Shown piece by piece: positions 1-8,334 of a stretch of 64,000 nt of DNA. The first letter of the stretch is position 1. Each line of letters starts with the position of its first letter. The position numbers were made by a program, and so were the translations under genes. Origin of the DNA: an uncultured Mycoplasmatota bacterium (GTDB taxonomy: Bacteria > Bacillota_I > Bacilli_A > RF39 > UBA660); the NCBI GenBank assembly GCA_949287595.1, contig CASEGV010000001.1, positions 129,982 to 193,981 of the forward strand. The letters are read 5' to 3'. Under the pieces are notes generated by a model that saw nothing but the letters and a program-made list of their open reading frames with translations, searched no databases and was not told the DNA's origin.

Positions 1-1594
1 CTCCTTGTTTTACTTTTTGTCCAATTTTTACTTTAGGCTCTGTAAATACGGCGACATCATTTATACTTTGAATAGCCGTACGTCTTAATATTTCAGTTTC
101 AGTTCCATCAGGTAACTCTATTACTACTTTATCGTCAGTAATATTTTTTACTTTTCCTTCTGGATATTGAAATTTCTCATTTAATATATTATCTTTTAAC
201 TCTTCCGATCTACCAGTATCAACTAATGGTCGTTCTGCATTAACTAATGGAATACTTTGTTTTAACATAGAAGTACCCATACTAATACGAACACTATCAG
301 TATAATTTACAAATGGTATTCTTCTAGTAGTTCCAGACAATCTATAGTCAGGATGTAGGTCTATTAATTCTATCTCCTCTACAGGAACCATTCTACGTTT
401 CATTCTATACTTAACTTCTACTTGTCCATCTTTATTAGGTTTTATAGTATTAGTTTCGTAATCTACAAATTCAGATGCACATACTTTATGGTTAAGATAA
501 TCAATATAAGGAATAGTTATTCTCATAAAATTTTTATCATAAACATCAAAAAGTATATCATCATCAGTAATATGGCATGAAACTGTTAATGAATTCTGGA
601 GATTAGTATTATTATTAATAGGCGTATCAGCAATATCTATCAAATCGCTAAATGTAGTATTATATGCTATGCTATCTGGTATAACAATTTTATTAGAAAT
701 TGCTTCTAGATTAATAGAGTTTACTCCAGGAGGAACCTGAATTCCTGTTTCTGCTGTAGAAATATCTTTTGCTCCTTTAAAATATCTGAAACATAAAGTA
801 GTAATAGCAGTAACTTGATCCTGTATTCTCCCATATTTAGTAAAGTATGAATTTATTCTTCTACAAGCAGAGTAATAGTTTCTTCGATTATTATCTCTAA
901 ATAGATATTTCATAAATCCATTAGGTACCGACTCTATAGTTTTATCGATGATTAAATCCTTAAGTCTATCATCTCCAAAAGCCATACAATCCTGAATAAG
1001 CTTTTGAGTTATATACTCAGGTTTATAATCTAGATCCAACTTAATCATTAATTTCTTAGACTGTCTTTCAGTAAGTTTAAGAATATCTTTTTTATCAGTT
1101 TCTAAGGTCTTATCAATATCATCAAAGTGAATATCCATAGCCTTTTCCGAAATTCCTAAATCTGGATTTATTCTAGTTATCTTTAGAATCTTTTTATTTA
1201 TATCATATGTTCTATCATAATCAAATTTTACTGTATATTCTCCAGTACCTGACATACGAATACGACAGTCAAAATCTGCATTCATTTTGTTAGTTGAAAT
1301 ACGATAAGCCCCCTCTATAATAAAAGCTCCATCTATTTCTTTAGGTACCTCAAATTCTGCATATTTTAGTTCATCGTCTTCATTAATGGTATAATTAATT
1401 CTTACTTTATGAGTAGCAGTCAAACCATTTTCTATATAGTAAGAAGCTGGCTGAGGTGGTTCTTCGATAATTTCATAATCCAAAGAAGTAATTTTATTAT
1501 CTGGATTATATTTATCTATATTACTCTGTCTGAAGAACTTATCTACCATTATTTTTACTCCAGTGTTTCTAAAATATTGATTAAAATTACTCAT
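1..1594 (-). CDS. Multisubunit RNA polymerase beta-like subunit, N-terminal 531 codons; gene runs off the left edge
   Basis: Not in the ORF track (no stop in window). My translation from ATG 1594-1592 stays open to nt 1. AFIIEGAYRIS resembles RpoB FIINGAERV. RRIPFVNYTDSVRISMGTSMLKQSIPL aligns with RpoB [25 protein letters not shown]. Confidence 0.8.
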   Translation of the reverse strand, partial: MSNFNQYFRNTGVKIMVDKFFRQSNIDKYNPDNKITSLDYEIIEEPPQPASYYIENGLTATHKVRINYTINEDDELKYAEFEVPKEIDGAFIIEGAYRISTNKMNADFDCRIRMSGTGEYTVKFDYDRTYDINKKILKITRINPDLGISEKAMDIHFDDIDKTLETDKKDILKLTERQSKKLMIKLDLDYKPEYITQKLIQDCMAFGDDRLKDLIIDKTIESVPNGFMKYLFRDNNRRNYYSACRRINSYFTKYGRIQDQVTAITTLCFRYFKGAKDISTAETGIQVPPGVNSINLEAISNKIVIPDSIAYNTTFSDLIDIADTPINNNTNLQNSLTVSCHITDDDILFDVYDKNFMRITIPYIDYLNHKVCASEFVDYETNTIKPNKDGQVEVKYRMKRRMVPVEEIELIDLHPDYRLSGTTRRIPFVNYTDSVRISMGTSMLKQSIPLVNAERPLVDTGRSEELKDNILNEKFQYPEGKVKNITDDKVVIELPDGTETEILRRTAIQSINDVAVFTEPKVKIGQKVKQG

Positions 1595-1944
1595 TATAAT
1601 AATGTTTTAATATTTAACTGCTTATAATCGCAATCTACTGAATTAAAAAAATCTTCTAATTCTTTCTTAATACTATCTTTTAGATCACGAGCCTCTACAT
1701 ATTCTTCCATAGGTTTACCATCTAAAGATCTAAAGAAAGCCTCATATGTAACTAAATAATTAAATGTATCTTTTAACTGATATAATACAAGCTTAACTGA
1801 AAATTTCTCATATTTAGGATAAATACTATCTTTTAATTTTTCGTAAAGTATATTTCTAGCCTGTATTACATTAGGATCTTGAGAATCTATGACGTTATAT
1901 GGAATTTCATATGATAAAGTAATTTTATAATAATTATCGTTCAT
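1594..1944 (-). CDS. Hypothetical protein between the beta-prime and beta genes
   Basis: Track ORF. Its stop overlaps the beta start (TAATG). No motif recognised. Confidence 0.6.
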   Translation of the reverse strand: MNDNYYKITLSYEIPYNVIDSQDPNVIQARNILYEKLKDSIYPKYEKFSVKLVLYQLKDTFNYLVTYEAFFRSLDGKPMEEYVEARDLKDSIKKELEDFFNSVDCDYKQLNIKTLL

Positions 1945-1965
1945 AATTAAATTCTCTTCTTTTTA

Positions 1966-2274
1966 TTAAATATCTGTCAAATTCATCAAATTACCTCCTC
2001 TTCCTTTAGGAGTTTTTGATGTAATAGATTGTTCTCCTACCTTATTTCCTATATTATTAGATAATGAATTTCCACTACCTTCCACGATAGGAGAAATTAC
2101 TTTATCTACTTTTTCTACAGAATTTTCCAATCTACCATTATTTTTTGAAAAAGAGTTATTTGTAGAAGAAGATGAGGTATTATAAATTACCTCACCATCT
2201 CTACGAATAATTAAATTCAAACTTAATTCTTTTTCAAATTCTGGAAGATCTATTTCAAATTTAATAGTTCCCAT
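1966..2274 (-). CDS. Hypothetical S/N-rich protein
   Basis: Track ORF. Its start abuts the beta-prime stop. Low-complexity middle section. Confidence 0.5.
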   Translation of the reverse strand: MGTIKFEIDLPEFEKELSLNLIIRRDGEVIYNTSSSSTNNSFSKNNGRLENSVEKVDKVISPIVEGSGNSLSNNIGNKVGEQSITSKTPKGRGGNLMNLTDI

Positions 2275-3134
2275 TATTTTTTATCATCAAGTTTATTATT
2301 TAACAATAATCCTAATATAGTTTCTGTCATAACATCACCACTAAGATTTAAATCTCCCTTAAGAGCTCTACTAACTACTCTACTAGAATAACCATAAGAT
2401 AACACTGTATAGAATGATTTCTTGTTTAATACACCAGATTGAGTTCCCAAATATTGGATATCTTCAATTTTCTGAGTATTAGTATCCACAATAATATCAG
2501 TTAAACCAGTAAATAATAACTCCACTAATTCCTCCTGAGTTGAATGTAGATCAGTTAATCCAGTAGATGCAAATTTTCCGTCGGTTAATGTATAGAATTG
2601 ATTTCTGAAAATTAAATAAATATCATTTAAATTATTATTCATACCTGGAATCACGTGGTTCATATTAACCACTCCACTGCAGAATCTTTGATATTTCTTT
2701 ATTTCAGTACCATCAGGATAATAATACATACACATTGGATTATAATCATATTGAATATCTCCAATCCATACCTCTATATCACCATCCTTAGTCTCCTTGT
2801 AATGAATCGTCCCCGATTTATAACAGTATGAGTCAGAAACTATAACATTATCTTTTTCAAAGTATCTAGTACCATCAGATCCCTTTGCTCTCATCAATTT
2901 AATAAGTGCATTAAGTTTATAAATAGGAGATGTAGTATTATATGCTGTTCCTATAGTATCTCCCTTTTCAAACTTTTCTTTTCCTACACTTACCCAGTTA
3001 TCAGGTCTTGGATATTTTAATTCTCCACCTCTAACTTTTAAATAAATCCACCTTCCTTCTTCTCTAAATTCGCACTGTTTTGGGGCTTTAAGTATTCCGT
3101 CCATTTGCAAAATACGCTCATGACCCCCATGTTT
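2274..3134 (-). CDS. RNAP beta-prime-like subunit, exon 6 (C-terminal part)
   Basis: Starts KHGGH, completing the trigger-loop motif (bacterial ..TFHxGG). SFYTVLSYGYSSRVVSRAL..GDVMTETILG resembles the beta-prime C-terminal SFISAASFQETTRVLTEAA..LKENVIVG. I read the TTG that opens track ORF 2274..3137 as the intron 3' end (..UUG|AAA). Confidence 0.8.
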   Translation of the reverse strand, partial: KHGGHERILQMDGILKAPKQCEFREEGRWIYLKVRGGELKYPRPDNWVSVGKEKFEKGDTIGTAYNTTSPIYKLNALIKLMRAKGSDGTRYFEKDNVIVSDSYCYKSGTIHYKETKDGDIEVWIGDIQYDYNPMCMYYYPDGTEIKKYQRFCSGVVNMNHVIPGMNNNLNDIYLIFRNQFYTLTDGKFASTGLTDLHSTQEELVELLFTGLTDIIVDTNTQKIEDIQYLGTQSGVLNKKSFYTVLSYGYSSRVVSRALKGDLNLSGDVMTETILGLLLNNKLDDKK

Positions 3135-4151
3135 CAATAAAATTCCTAATATGTTCTATTAGGTTAGACTATATTATCTTCTATAAAAGAAGTACTTACT
3201 GTAGTCGTTGAATATAAGATAAATTACTTTTTTCTCCATCCTTTTTGAGGGAAATGATTAACCCATCTAATCATTGTAGTTCTATGAACTTTAGCAGCTA
3301 TTGCTGCTTCTTCTATAGAGTTATATTCAATTCCATCTGGGGATATTACGGGAATTTTGTGTGCATTAGATAATTTCTCTTTCGTAGATTCTTTTAAATG
3401 TTTTCCAAATAATGGATGATTTTCTCCTCTTAATTTGTCAGACATCTTCTTCCTTGCTTCATCAGTATGATGTTTACCATACATCGGATGATTCTTTCCA
3501 GATAATCCCTTACTTAATGTCTTTTCTCTGAGAATTTGTTTAGTTTTATCAGTGTGATGTCTTCCTTTAAAAAATCCTGGTAATCCTTTTTTCTTTTCAG
3601 AAACTTTTTTCGAAATGTCTGGATTTTTCATAGGATTATTATCTCCTTTCATAAAAATAGATCTTTTATTTTTTATCTCAGATAAAGTATTTAAATCTAT
3701 TTCTAAGCTATTTTCAAAATTAAATCTTAATTCTACTAATAAACTAAAAGACAGAAATAAATCTTTACTATCGGGATTTATAATATATAATAACATATGA
3801 GCTAATATATGTTCTCTATATGTTAGTAATACTAAATTAGATTCATCATTATTTCCTCCCTTACATCTCGGAATTATATGATGTTTTTCAAAGTATCCAT
3901 CTAATTTACTTTTATCTAATCCACGTGTTTTAGCAGAATTTACTAATTGTTTGTAGTGTAATTCTGCTATATCTACATTTTCCTTATAATAATTTATAAT
4001 TTCAATTGTTATAATATCTATAGATTCAATTGATAACATAAATATTTAATAATTAATCCTATAATGCTGATTTTAATATTAATTATTTCCAGCAATTTAA
4101 AGTATTTTTCATTACAAGTCGTCGTTAACCTGTAATGCCTCAAACTTAATT
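3135..4151 (-). mobile_element. Group I intron 1 with HNH homing endonuclease ORF
   Basis: Minus-strand core elements in canonical order: P ATTGCTGGAA (4088-4097), Q AATCAGCAT (4064-4072), R TTCAACGACTA (3202-3212), S AAGATAATATAGTCTAA (3164-3180), then a P9-like hairpin. Exon end GCCUU pairs with intron GAGGC (4137-4141) with a terminal U-G. The intron ends in G. Confidence 0.75.
3224..4039 (-). CDS. Intron-encoded HNH homing endonuclease with NUMOD-like repeats
   Basis: HNH core HHIIPRCKGGNNDESNLVLLTYREHILAH. Repeated G-K/R-HHT/S-xE-x-K-xK motifs (NUMOD3-like) in the C-terminal half. Lies between Q and R of intron 1. Confidence 0.8.
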   Translation of the reverse strand: MLSIESIDIITIEIINYYKENVDIAELHYKQLVNSAKTRGLDKSKLDGYFEKHHIIPRCKGGNNDESNLVLLTYREHILAHMLLYIINPDSKDLFLSFSLLVELRFNFENSLEIDLNTLSEIKNKRSIFMKGDNNPMKNPDISKKVSEKKKGLPGFFKGRHHTDKTKQILREKTLSKGLSGKNHPMYGKHHTDEARKKMSDKLRGENHPLFGKHLKESTKEKLSNAHKIPVISPDGIEYNSIEEAAIAAKVHRTTMIRWVNHFPQKGWRKK

Positions 4152-4487
4152 AAGGCCTAGTGCGCTCTGTGTTGTCCCCTCAGTTAGAGAAGTTGCAAAA
4201 GAGAGTCCAATAGCTGCTCCGTCAGTAAATTTAAATTTCTTTCCAATAAGATCAGGAGTAATAGTATGAGTATCTCCTTTTCTTTTTGTTATGATTGATC
4301 TAACCGGTACCAAATCATCTTCTGAACCGTTTACTAGTGGCTTTTCTGGATATACTTTTCCATTAGGTGCAGTACGTCCTAAAGCTTTGTATCTAGGTAT
4401 CAAAAGACCATCATTTTCAGTATCTTCTCCTTCATGATATACGTAGCTATTTAAAAGGAAAGATATCTGACGAGTTAAATATCCGCT
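4152..4487 (-). CDS. RNAP beta-prime-like subunit, exon 5
   Basis: Begins SGYLTRQISF (bacterial SGYLTRRLVDV) and ends GAAIGLSFATSLTEGTTQSALGL (bacterial [24 protein letters not shown]). The N* in the track ORF after GL is an intron read-through tail. Confidence 0.75.
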
Positions 4488-4922
4488 CGAAGGTCATTCA
4501 AGGATATTAGGCTATAATATAAATTAAAAGCGCTTCCTAAAATCCTATCCTGCCTATGTTTATCACATAGGATTAGACTATATCATGATTAAAATTTATT
4601 TAATCTAACAATATATAGTCGTTGATCTTATTTATTTCTTTTATATCTTTTTTTCGGCTTTGGTAAATATTTTACTTTTTTCTTTTGATTTTCCCTATAT
4701 GCTTTTGTTTCTTGAATTTTTCTATATTCTTCCATTCCACAAAGCATAGTTTTAGCAATTCCTCCAACTACTTTTAAAATTTTTAAAACTTTTTCCAATC
4801 TCGCCATAAAATAGATTTAAAGATTATATAAGTTGCTGATTTTATATTTACATATTCTTTCCAGCATTTAATTGTTATTTTAAGTGGGCTACCATATTCG
4901 AGCTTAATATTTTAACACCACT
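4488..4922 (-). mobile_element. Group I intron 2 (no large ORF); boundaries about +/-10 nt
   Basis: P ATGCTGGAA (4859-4868), Q AATCAGCAA (4832-4840), R TCAACGACTA (4617-4626), S ATCATGATATAGTCTAA (4573-4590), followed by hairpin CCTATGT/ACATAGG. The exon frame is closed by TGA at 4494-4496. I could not find a clean P1 pairing. Confidence 0.6.
4628..4807 (-). CDS. Small basic ORF (59 aa) inside intron 2
   Basis: My translation: MARLEKVLKILKVVGGIAKTMLCGMEEYRKIQETKAYRENQKKKVKYLPKPKKRYKRNK. It is below the ORF-track size cutoff, lies between Q and R, and has no known motif. Confidence 0.25.
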   Translation of the reverse strand: MARLEKVLKILKVVGGIAKTMLCGMEEYRKIQETKAYRENQKKKVKYLPKPKKRYKRNK

Positions 4923-5667
4923 AACCTTAATAGACTGTAAGCTTCGATTTTCTATTGCATGTAACTGATAATCTTTTTCTGTATAACCAGATAACAATGT
5001 TCCACGAGTAATTACAGGTTTTTCATCAACTCCTGAAGTTATAAACTGTGGCATTGACATTGCTACAATAGATGATAATTTAACACGAGCTGCTCTATCA
5101 AGTTCATTTTTCAAATCAGAACTAAAGCTTGCAGAAACTTCATCCTCATATTTCTTAAATTCTTGAGTCATTATCAAAAGTTTCTGTTTATCTGTAAGTT
5201 CTTTAGAATCTGCTACGTTACAAATTCTCTTATAAGTTTCCGTATCACAGTCAGCATATAATGTTTTGTAGTCAAACGTTACTACTCCAGCCATACTAAC
5301 TACGCGAAGAGCAAATTTAGTAAGTGCTTTTCTTTTTTCAACTCCATCTTCAAATTGATTTAAATAAAGACTTAACTTAGCTGCACTCTTAGCGCCAATA
5401 CGTTCAAACTCATTATTAAATATACCAATTTTATCTATATCAGCATCAAGTATTTTAGAAATACGAAGTCTACCATAACTTGTAACTTTAGATTGATAAT
5501 CTACATTTCCTATCTTTCCTGTAAATACAATCGGTGTTCCAACTTTGATTTTCTTTTCTATTTCTACATCCTTTAATAACTGAACATAATCAGTATAAAA
5601 ATATTTAGGATCTTTCAATTCTCCCAAATCAGAGTATGAGTATTCAGTTGCAACTGCTAAACCATTG
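4923..5667 (-). CDS. RNAP beta-prime-like subunit, exon 4
   Basis: Its first nt (C) completes the codon CU|C, giving ..HETL|NGLAVATEY (bacterial QDVVLGLYYMTRD). TSYGRLRISKIL, SMPQFITSGVDEKPVITRG..GYTEKDYQLHAIENRSLQSIKV match beta-prime regions E-F (..[21 protein letters not shown]). Confidence 0.75.
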
Positions 5668-6868
5668 CGTTTTATTTGTATATTTCTATACATAAACAGA
5701 CTATATAATCAACAATATACTCGTTGTTTCACTTATAGTCGTTGAACAGAATTCTTAATTAAATTTATGCTTTAAAATTTCTAAAAATTATACTATATAT
5801 TTATAAATATATAAATTTTTATTAATTTGTTTTTTATGATTTATATGTTTATAAATATCTTTTTCAGTTAATGTAATATATTTAGCATTATTCTCTTTAC
5901 ACCATTTTAATCCAGCAATCCTTTTTGCAATTACTAAACTGTTATTTAATAAATTAAATGCTTTTACTTCTACCATTAACTTTATTCCTGAATCTGTTGT
6001 TATTAAGAAATCTGGATAATAATTATGATTCCCTCCAGAATAATAGTACTGTATAGGTTCAGGTACCTCTACATTTACTATAAACTTGCTATAATCACAT
6101 ATCATTAAGAAATCTCTTTCGTAAGAAGATAAATAATAAATATCCTCTTTACATTTAGTAGATTTATAAATACCAGATTTATAATATGATCTAGACTTAA
6201 CTTTTCCTTTTTTTGACCTAGATATTTTTTTCTTTAGCCTCTTGACTTAAATGAAAATGATAACCCCTAGGTCTTTTTAGTCTCTGTTCTTCTGTAAGCT
6301 TTTTTCCTTTTTTAGATAAACTTATATTCCTCTTATTTTCTTCACTTAAAGGTCTTCCTTTTAGTTTCTTACTAACTAACTCACTTACATGTTTTACTTT
6401 ATGTAAATAACAATAAGCATAATACCCTTTACTTAAAAGAAATTTTGCTTCATTATTACAGAATCTACACTTAGGTCTATCTTCAATTGAAGAAATACCC
6501 AAATAAACTAGATCATAGTATATTTGTTTATTAACATCATCTTTTAAATATTTAGATAATCTAAAAGATGCTACCCACTTATCTTCCCCTAATTTAGAAA
6601 TCCAACTAGGAAGATAATAATAAACTGTTTTATTTTCAATTTTTTTGAAATTTTCTCTTAATCCTTTGGAATTATAAGGATTTATTTTAGAATATTTTTC
6701 ATAAATTTTATCTACTTCATTCATTTATATAAATATTAAATAAATTATATAAAATCTTAAAGCTATAAATTTAATTAAGAAAATTCTGCTGCTGATTAAG
6801 AATAAATTCTATTCCAGCAATAATGTGAAATTTTCAATCTTTAAAAAGATTGCCCCCAATTAATTTCA
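5668..6868 (-). mobile_element. Group I intron 3 with decayed homing endonuclease
   Basis: P ATTGCTGGAA (6812-6821), Q AATCAGCAG (6789-6797), R TTCAACGACTA (5736-5746), S GATTATATAGTCT (5698-5710), and a P9-like hairpin TGTATA-GAAA-TATACA. Exon CCCU pairs with GGGG (6853-6857). The last intron nt is G at 5668. Confidence 0.7.
5788..6724 (-). pseudogene. Frameshift-disrupted NUMOD3 + TnsA-like (PD-(D/E)xK) homing endonuclease
   Basis: ORFs 6218..6724 and 5788..6105 align with the N- and C-terminal halves of the intact 330-aa ORF 7198..8190 (LPSWIS, DRPKC, YYPDF..VEVK, VIAKRI, KYITLTE). They lie in different frames with a gap between them. Confidence 0.65.
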
Positions 6869-7095
6869 AGGGTTTCATGATTAAATTTATAAATAGGTTC
6901 ATTATTCTTTTTATAAATTGTAACATATCTAGGACTCATTCTTTCATAAGTCTCTTCAGCTGCTTCAGGAGGTACTAACTGTATTGATACAGTATCACCA
7001 TCAAAGTCAGCATTTAATGGTTCACATACTTGAATAGGAAAATGTATTGTATAATCCTCATGAATTCTTAACTTCATTGCAAAAGTCGAGTATTC
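6869..7095 (-). CDS. RNAP beta-prime-like subunit, exon 3 (catalytic NADFDGD)
   Basis: EYSTFAMKLRIHEDYTIHFPIQVCEPLNADFDGDTVSIQLVP aligns with bacterial [41 protein letters not shown]. Confidence 0.85.
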
Positions 7096-8309
7096 CAAAT
7101 TTCTTAATTTGTTAAATTAAGTTTAGACTGTATCATTTATTATTAGTACACAGTCGTTGAGTTTATAGAGTAAGTATTATTATATACCTTAATTTTACTA
7201 AACTATATAATCAAAAATACTAAATGATCCATGTATTCTTTTGAATAATTCAATTTCTGTTAAAGTAATGTATTTAAAATTATTTTTTCTACAATATTTC
7301 TTTGCTGTAATTCTTTTTGCAATCACAATAGGATCATTTACTAGATTTTTTGGTTTTATTTCAACAATAATAATCTGTTTGTTATTTAATGTTAATTTAA
7401 AATCTGGTATATACAAACGATCTTTACCAGAATATGTATATGGAATAGCATTTGCAGAATCTATTTCAACTACATCCTTACTAAGATCGCACATTTTCAT
7501 AAATTTTAACTCCCAAGAAGATAAATATCTCATCTCTTTCTGAGATTTATTTGGCTTATAATATCCTTTTCTCCCTCTTTTAGATTTGATATTTATTAAA
7601 GCTCTTTCAGGATCTTTCTCAATTCTCCTCAAAGCTGCTTCTCTCTGTTTATCTTTCCAAGTAATCTTTCTTCCTTTATTAGCTTTAGATAGTTTTCTCC
7701 TAGTCTCTTCAGAAACTACATGAAATTTCTTTTTCCCTTTTTGGGAATTTGAAATTTTTCTTTTTGTTTCTTCTGAATGATGTAATCCCAACTTTGCCTT
7801 TCCTCCTAAATTGTAAGTTCTAAACATTTCGTTAGTTTCTCTAAATTTATACATACATTCACTATTACAATACGTTCTATATCCATAAAATATACCTATA
7901 AATTTAGTATAGTTTCCACATGGACATTTAGGACGATCTTTAGGAGATGATAAACCTAAAATAACTATATCGTAATAGATTTGAGAAGTTATTGAATACT
8001 CTCTTTTCAATTTAGCAGCAAAAATTTTTATTGGATAATAACTATCTTTTGAAGAATTGCTAATCCAACTAGGAAGAAGAATTTTTTTAACCCCGTTATC
8101 TATCTTTATTACTTGACTAAAGTCGATTTTCTTTCCGTTATTAGGGTTCTTACTTGAATAATATTTATATATCTCATTTTCTGTCATCATATTTAAACTA
8201 TTTTAAAGAGATATATAACAATACTTACCTATAAACTGCTGATTTAATACTTTATTATTCCAGCAATTCTCTAACTTTATTAAAGTCTCCACAAATACTC
8301 GTAATCATT
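7096..8309 (-). mobile_element. Group I intron 4 with intact homing endonuclease
   Basis: P ATTGCTGGAA (8259-8268), Q AATCAGCAG (8237-8245), R TCAACGACTG (7151-7160), S AATGATACAGTCTAA (7123-7137), hairpin CTTAATTT/AAATTAAG. 8-bp P1: exon GUCUCCAU with intron GUGGAGAC (8285-8292), terminal U-G. The intron ends ..UUUG. Confidence 0.8.
7198..8190 (-). CDS. Intron-encoded homing endonuclease (NUMOD3-like repeats + TnsA-like PD-(D/E)xK nuclease domain)
   Basis: HHSEETKRKISNSQKGKK and SEETRRKLSKANKGRK repeats. The C-terminal SSWELKFM..YIPDFKL..IIVEIKPKN pattern resembles the TnsA N-terminal endonuclease fold. Confidence 0.6.
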   Translation of the reverse strand: MMTENEIYKYYSSKNPNNGKKIDFSQVIKIDNGVKKILLPSWISNSSKDSYYPIKIFAAKLKREYSITSQIYYDIVILGLSSPKDRPKCPCGNYTKFIGIFYGYRTYCNSECMYKFRETNEMFRTYNLGGKAKLGLHHSEETKRKISNSQKGKKKFHVVSEETRRKLSKANKGRKITWKDKQREAALRRIEKDPERALINIKSKRGRKGYYKPNKSQKEMRYLSSWELKFMKMCDLSKDVVEIDSANAIPYTYSGKDRLYIPDFKLTLNNKQIIIVEIKPKNLVNDPIVIAKRITAKKYCRKNNFKYITLTEIELFKRIHGSFSIFDYIV

Positions 8310-8334
8310 ATGGAGACTCGGTTGACGGTTTACT
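8310..8334 (-). CDS. RNAP beta-prime-like subunit, exon 2: 25-nt micro-exon encoding (L)VNRQPSLH
   Basis: A GTA AAC CGT CAA CCG AGT CTC CAT. This restores QIVL-VNRQPSLH-EYSTFAM against bacterial HPVLLNRAPTLHRLGIQAF. It is flanked by the intron 5 terminal G and the intron 4 P1. Confidence 0.7.

Noticed and set aside
1409-1627. Plus-strand ORF 1409..1627.
   Set aside because: It is antisense to the RNAP beta-like ORF, which has strong motif support.
5668-5697. An intron 3 3' splice site at ..TATAGTCTG|TTT ATG (5697), which would use the track ORF start MYRN.
   Set aside because: The terminal G would lie only 2 nt after the P7 strand, with no room for the P9 hairpin seen in introns 1 and 4. 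The junction at 5668 (..AAAACG|C) restores HETL-NGLAVAT, which aligns better with bacterial QDVVLGLYYMT.
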